Below are positions 57,801 through 64,000 of a stretch of DNA of 64,000 bases, in pieces. The translations under genes were made by a program, and so were the position numbers. The notes under the pieces are model-generated. The model was given only the letters and a program-made list of their open reading frames with translations, was not told the DNA's origin and did no database searches. Within the stretch, counting starts at the first letter, position 1, and each line of letters begins with the position of its first letter. This DNA comes from Phaeosaccion multiseriatum (lineage: Eukaryota > Protista > Ochrophyta, other classes), in NCBI GenBank assembly GCA_965112735.1, contig OZ218952.1:1674001-1738000 (forward strand). Reading direction: 5' to 3'.

Positions 57801-59672
57801 CTCCTCCTCCTCCTCCTCCTCCTCCCCCTTCTCCTCCTCCCTCTCCTTCTCCTCCTCCCTCTCCTTCTCCTCCTTCGTCCCTGGTTATAACGGAAGACGC
57901 GCGCGTGCTGTCTGCTGGTGACGCAGGAGAGGAGGGAAGCACAATATTCCCCAGCTCATCCAGCAGAAGTGTCGCCTCGTTGCGGCTGCCATCTCCTTCG
58001 CTGCCCCCGTAAAAGACCAGGCTGTTGCTGTTGCTAGTGCTGGTGTTGTTGTTGATGTTGCTATTGCTGACGTTGTTGGTGTGGTTGTTGTTGCTGTTGC
58101 TGTTGTAGGATAGCGACGCATCTTCTTGTCCTTTGGTATGGGGCTTGGTCCAGAGTCGTTGTTGGCTCTGTTCTCTCCCCTCCTTAGCAACAGCAGCAAG
58201 AAGTGAAAACCGACCGCTCCCCTTCCTCTCACCGGAAAAAAGAAGCCCCTTATCGTCTGTGTCCTCCATCTGCACCGATGGCAGCTCGTGATGAAGCTTC
58301 GCGGAGTGTTGCCTCCGATGATGGTGCTGGAGCGCTGATCCTACAGCTGCTGACCCTGCCACTGGTGAGGTGTGAAGGTGGCGGCTCGAGCCCTCCGAAT
58401 GTTGTTGCAAGACACTGCCCTGTCCAATCAGGCTGTCGACGAGGATCAAAGGGGCCCCTTGCCGCTGCCCCTGTCCGAGCCACTGCCGCTGGCGCTGATG
58501 CTGCAGCTCAAGCTGCTCCTCCTTCTCGCCGGCGGAGGTCGTTTGGCCCGCCACTGCTGCTGCGGGCTCCAAGCCGCTGGCCGCCATGCTGTACTTGAAC
58601 CCTAGCCGCACCAACCCTCTCCCTCCCTCGTTGGGATGGCTCGACATGACCAGCCCGAGCTTTGCGTTGGAGCATATCCACGCGACCCCTGTCCTCGGTA
58701 CGTGCGGCAAGGTCAGCGCCTGGAGCGGAAAAAGCACAATCGAGCCGCCCCCAACCCCGCTGCTCGCGGCTATCCCCCCACTACCACCGCCACCGCTGCT
58801 GCTGCTGCTGCTGCTGCTGCTGCCGACCGACAGAGCTGCCGCTGGTGCCGCCTCGTACACCTTGACTGTCTGGTCGAGAGAGGCTGTCGCTACCATCGCA
58901 CTGCTGCTCGTGTGTGGTGCCTCTCTCTCCGACGACGCTCTCTTGTGAACGGCGCAGGAGGTGACTCTCGCCGAGTGCATCTGCTGCGACCACGACGGAC
59001 GGGCAGGATGAAGCTCCGACCCCTCCCCCACGAAGGCAGGGACATCCCAGCACTGTACGAAGCCGCTCTCGAAGCCGAGCACCACGAGGATGCGATCCTC
59101 CACCTCCATCACTTCTTCGTCCTCCTTCTCCCCATGCTGCTGCTGCTGCTGCTGCTGCTCCTGCTGCTGCTGGTGGCGGCGGTTCGGCGACAACGATGGC
59201 GACGACGATTGCCGAGTAACAGTCGCAGCACCACCAGCAGCAGCAGCAGGAGGAGGAAGAGGAGGGGAGGAAGGCACCGCCCGTACAACCAACAAGCACG
59301 CCCCCATGGCCGTGATGGCTCCTCTCGAAAAGTACGTGGCGTGCGGGTACAAGCACTTAGGCGTGGCGCCCGGGGTCCAACCTCCGGCACCGCTCCTGCT
59401 CGTGTGTGCTCCGACCCCGGGGGGCACGTCTCGCCACGTCTTTATGCTGCCGTCCGCGCTGCTGGACACCACCCACTGCACCCCATCTCTCCCCTGCAGC
59501 ACGGCCAGGCTCACGATGGAGTCTGCGTGGGCCTTTGTGCTCCATAGACAGGCGCTCCGAGCACGGTTACTGCTACTGCTACTGCTACCACCACCGCTGC
59601 CACTGCTGTGGCTGTTGCTGTTGCTGTTGGCACTGCTGGCAGTACTGCTGGCATAAAGCGTTCCCACGTTCC

Positions 59673-59723
<51 letters not shown>

Positions 59724-61612
59724 AAGCAGGAGGTGGCGGCGGCGGCCGCGTGCTCCAAAGCGCGAGCCCCCCGTCCGCACATCCAACCAGCAGGCATGGA
59801 GCAGTCCCTACCGCAGAGATGGCCGTGATGGAAGGCCGGGTGAGCTGCTTCATAGCGTGCGTCTCCCTCGACAGGTGCCTTTGCTTGGGCGTCATCGTAT
59901 CCCCACTCTGCTGCTTCTGCTGCTGCTGCTGCTGCTGCTCGTGGTACTGGCGGACGTTGAGCAGTCGGCTTGACTGTCTCAGGCCCTGAGCCGCGTCGAG
60001 GGAGCACAAGCGCACGTCGCCATTGCTGTAGCCCACCGCCAGCTGCCTATGGCCCTTGCCACACAGAGCCGTACAGATACCACGCACTTCTTCGTCGTCA
60101 GTGTCCGGCCGAGGCATCCTCGGGTAAACGCGACGCTCCACTTTCTGCCTCCTCCGGCCCTCCTCGTCTCCCTCCTCGTCCTCCTCTCCCAGCACGCTGA
60201 TGCCCCCGCTCTCGTCTAGTATTAGGAGCTTCGTATCCATACCGCCACCGCTTCCGCTACCGCCACCACTACCGCCACCACTACCACCGGTGCTTCGTGT
60301 GGCCAGAGGCATGTGCTGGTCGTTGAGGGGGAGGGAGGCACTGACACGTGGTGCAGCACTGGGGACACTGGGGCTCGTACTCATGGCCACGCAGGCGGCT
60401 GAGCACTGGGCCACCCTCCAAGTCGGCGTGACCTCCTCGAGGACAGTGATAAGCCCCCCCGCCACCGCAAACAAGAGTCGTCTGCGCATGCTTGCCTGCT
60501 GCACGTCCCCGAGCATCAAGTGGAGAACAGGGTTGGGCGGCCTCTGCTTGTCCGGTCGGGTCACGAGCGTGCTCACAGGCTCCCTCTTGGTGACAAAGGC
60601 CCCCACATGCTTGACAGACACCTCAAGGGCGTCTGCTCGCACTAGATCTGCCCCTGCCAGCCACCAGTGATCCACCCGTCCGCTCACCCCGCCCGTCACC
60701 ACGCCGCACTCTGGTGCTAGGCTGTGTAGGCCCCTGACCTTGAGCCGTACACAGGTGATTTGACGCGCCCCGGAGGAGGCATCAATCATGGTGAGGAGCG
60801 TAGGCATGGCCTGAATGGGCTGACACATGCCCGGTCGCCCGAAAGTGACTCTCCATACCCCAACAGTGCCATTGGCGAGGCCGAAGCACACCAACGGAGC
60901 CGTCAGGTCGCAGCACGTAATGTCGTGCGTGTGAATATCTTCCATCATACCCAAAAACTTGACGTCGGTGCTCATCACTGCTGCTGCTGCTGCTTCTCTT
61001 GCCTCCTCCGCCGTGCCCGGTCTGGCCGTCAGTAAGGCTTGTCCGTCACTGTTGTACCCGTCCCCAAAACTCCAAAACAGCGCTTGCTTCTTGTTTACGG
61101 CCATGACCATTCCAGAGGCCTGATCCAATTTCATCCACCGAATCACACGGCCCTCCGGGTCTGGAGCGAGCGATTGCATGACCTTCGCGGAAAGGGCACC
61201 CCCGCTTTGCACGAGATGGGCCGACGCACTCCCCCTCCTTGAGGTGATGACCCTGCTGGCTTTGAGCAGGGGCACTCCACTGGGGTCTAAGGCCGCAAAG
61301 ACGAGTGAGGCGCTGGACTGATGCACTTCAAGCGCCAGGAGGGGCCCGTGGTACGGGCGGAAGGAGCTCAGCAGCTGCAACCGGTCATTGAAGATTTTCA
61401 CTACATGATCCGATTGAGTACTCACATCTCCATCACCATCCTGGGAACCACTGCTACCATCCTCAGCGGGGTGTGTCATGTCATCGATACGGCTCTTGTC
61501 CCCATCCTCCTCCTCAGTCCGGAGCTGATTGCAGTCCTGCAGCGTAACGTACGAGTGGACAGACTCCAAGTAGTGCACACTAAGAAATGGAGGACTGGAC
61601 AAGGGAGAGACA

Positions 61613-61653
<41 letters not shown>

Positions 61654-62034
61654 GCAGAGTAGTAAGGCCAAAGAGGATCTTATTCAGAGACAAGTACCCC
61701 TGGAAGACTTGAGGTCTCTGAGGTTCCAGAAGGATCTCCAAGTCTAGTACGTGATGTCTCTCAAGGGCCGATCCCATGCCCTTGTGCTCCCTCCCCATCT
61801 TGAATGAGCCAAGCCCTGTGTGAGCCCCCCAATTGACTTCGCTCCTCACCTATGCTCAGGATGGATGATGGTTCGAATCTCCCTCCGCAGCGCCCACAGC
61901 CGTAGCGCATTGGCGTCCGCCGTGAGCAGCTCCCTTTTATCCCTGTTGTAGCAGCACGCCAGGATTGGAGACACGCCATCCCGCAGCTGATGCCTGAACA
62001 GCAGCGAGGACTGCACCAGCTCACGCGTCGTCAT
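45178..62034 (-). CDS. Giant multidomain protein (about 4,660 aa): N-terminal WD40 repeats, helical domain, EF-hand-like motif, E/R coiled coils, C-terminal PPC-like beta module; two apparent homopolymer frameshifts
   Basis: Exons 62034-61850, 61594-51600, 50840-50342, 49462-48246, 48022-47751, 46998-45178, all junctions GT..AG and phase-consistent (13989 nt). WD40-like 'HTHDITCCDL..FGLANGTVGVW', 'AHADSIVSLA..SSSADGSIKTW', 'HSARVTSC..TASLDQTVKVY'; EF-like 'FIAADEQRTGSLEVRDF'; 'WAYFSF..ITLEALQGDPDLFV..GTYFVGV'. Frames switch at G-runs 57259-57274 and 54866-54882. Confidence 0.7.
49518..49707. repeat. Perfect 32-bp tandem repeat x6 (GGAGTGAATCAAAAGTCAAAGCGTCAAAGGCT), intronic
   Basis: Copies at 49518, 49550, 49582, 49614, 49646, 49678; identical and contiguous. 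Confidence 0.95.
51368..51576. repeat. 71-bp tandem repeat x3, intronic
   Basis: CTCCCAACACTCACCACTCCCACCCCAT.. recurs at about 51369, 51440 and 51511. Confidence 0.85.
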
Positions 62035-62419
62035 TGCCGCTGGCGGACTGGCTTTCAGCCTCTCGTTGCCTGCTCCGTCCTCATCCAAGACTCAATTTTA
62101 GGCACCCCTCTCCAATAACATATAGCAGCCCTTGTGCAAAGCAGGGCGTGGAGAGATAGCCCAAGCCCGCTTTCAGTAGCAGCACAAGTAACAGCAAAGG
62201 GAGAGGCTTCGCTGGAGAGTGTCAGCCTTCCTTTGGTCGCTCTTTTTGGTGCTCACAGAGGGAGGGCATAGCACCAAACGTAACGATATTCTTTCCGTAT
62301 GCTTTCAAATGACTCACCTAAAAGTAATTCTCGCCGTCTGCTCTCTGTTCCCTCTCTCTCCCTATTTCATTCTCTCTCTCCCTTGCCTAGGAGAGCACAA
62401 GGTCCTCCTTACGTTACGG

Positions 62420-64000
62420 ATGGCTTGGTCCCCCCCCACCTTCTTTTCCCTCCTTGTGTTGTTCTTGGTAGCGTCGACAGCGCTCTCGTTCGCCGTCAGC
62501 AGCAGCCATAGTCTGCAAGGGAAGACCGTCTTGGTGACGGGGTCGACTGATGGGATAGGTGAGCACACAGCGAAGCGGCTGGCCACGGAGGGAGCCAAAG
62601 TTCTACTGCATGGACGAAGTGAGCAAAGGGTGCAAAGGTGCGTATAGTACTTTAAAAAAAGTGTTGCACTTTGCCTTGCCTATACCTCCCCCTCTCTTTC
62701 TCCTGCCCTTCTGTTCCACACTTTTTTCAGGACTCTGGAGTCCGTCTCTAACTTAGTGAAAGGCAAGACGGGGTGCTACGTGCCTGAGGCGTATACGGCG
62801 GACCTCTCCACGCTCAAGGGGATGCACTCGTTGTGCGACCAAGTAAGTAAAGGACCCCCTTGTTTTTCCTCTACTACGACTCTCTAGTTTGCTCACATGT
62901 CTCTCGCGCCCGTTCGCGCTTTCTCCTCTCCGTCCACGCTTCTTTCCTTTCCCTGCCCAGATACAGACCAAGCACAAGAGCCTGGATATCCTCATTAACA
63001 ATGCAGGTACGAATGGCAGTGGAATGCGCCCCTCGTCATGTCTGTCCTCTGTCCTCAACCTCCATTCACTGCCATCCTCTCCTCTTTACCTACGACCTCA
63101 GGCGTATTTGAGCCTTCCTTCAAGCTCACAGAGGACAACCTCGAATACACCTTTGCCGGTAGGTGCCATCGCTTGTGAAGTCTGCTGTGCCGTACGGGCA
63201 AAACCTTCTCTTCCAAAGCAAAAGACCAGCTTAGCTTCTCTCTCCACCCCCACCGTCCCTCCTCCCCCTCTCGTCCCCTCCCGCCGCCTTCACTCTGCCC
63301 CTCCTGCCGGTAGTGAATGTTATGGCTCCGTTCGTGATCACCCACCGCTTGCTCCCTCTTCTCCGAGAGGGCTTGAGCAGTGGTGATGAGGGCGGCTGCA
63401 AACGAATAATCAACGTGTCTTCGATGAGCCAAGCCTACTCTATCGACTTGGATAATCTCCAGGTAAGTGCCTGCTGCATGCTGGTGTTGGTTGGTAGTCG
63501 CAGCTTCTCTGTTCTGTCCCACACTATACCTTCAGAGGTGTCGAAACTCTGTTTTTGTTGAAAGTACGGACAAGCATGCCACAAAGGGCGTGTCTTTCCC
63601 GTTGAGTAGCAGAGCTGGTGAGGGAGGGCGCCACCGTCCATATATTTGTGCATCGCTTCTGCTCAACAATTCAAAGTAGGCAGACGCGCACGACAAGTGG
63701 AGGTATATCGGTGAACAACCCATTCGTCGCCACCCCATGTCAGTCCCCTTCCTCAGGCTGTATGTCGGTCTTTTTGTAACTGTCTCTGACCTCTCCCATG
63801 GCGCTGCGCTTCTGCTGGCCTTCATATACTGAGTTTGTTCGTTGGTTTTGTTTGTTTGTTTGTTTGCTGGTTTTGTTTATTTGTTTGTTTGTTTGTTTGT
63901 TTTGTTTCGCAAGTGCGAGAAAGGGGGCTTCTCCAACTATACGTCCTACGCCCTGTCTAAGATTGCGATCGCTATGTTCAACCGAGAGCTGCACGAACGC
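62420..64000 (+). CDS. Short-chain dehydrogenase/reductase (retinol-dehydrogenase-like classical SDR) with signal peptide; 3' end outside the window
   Basis: Exons 62420-62637, 62731-62842, 62961-63006, 63102-63158, 63314-63462, 63914-64000+. Motifs '[11 protein letters not shown]', 'ADLS', '[10 protein letters not shown]', 'TFAVN', 'RIINVSS', catalytic 'YALSK'. Confidence 0.9.

Overview
Gene-dense, intron-rich, GC-rich eukaryotic nuclear DNA. It is most consistent with a photosynthetic stramenopile (ochrophyte) alga, because the LTO1 gene has a bipartite signal peptide ending in an ASAFAP-like 'ACA-FVP' motif. I built spliced models by hand (GT..AG, phase-consistent) for 11 genes: EAF1-like (5' partial), COG3, LTO1 (VKOR-thioredoxin), a METTL21-family lysine methyltransferase, a membrane-anchored bacterial-type PQQ sugar dehydrogenase/PKD protein, mitochondrial ATPase inhibitor IF1, an Aa_trans amino-acid transporter, ARP6, a kinesin, an uncharacterised protein with a C-terminal ubiquitin-like domain, and a 3'-partial SDR. 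A twelfth model is a giant WD40/EF-hand-like/coiled-coil/PPC-like gene of about 4,660 aa. The window also holds an ankyrin pseudogene, a 131-bp TGT..ACA palindromic MITE-like element and many micro/minisatellites, mostly intronic. Most of the supplied ORFs are repeat-derived artefacts. The most striking unexplained signal is a fixed 9-nt word (TATCACCAA/TTGGTGATA) inside CTG/CAG tracts. The 16-mer GCTGTATCACCAACTG occurs exactly 6 times, plus several variants, on both strands, in three reading frames and outside coding DNA. Other notable items are an intron apparently born by tandem duplication in LTO1 and a G-rich 5' / C-rich 3' repeat polarity in introns.
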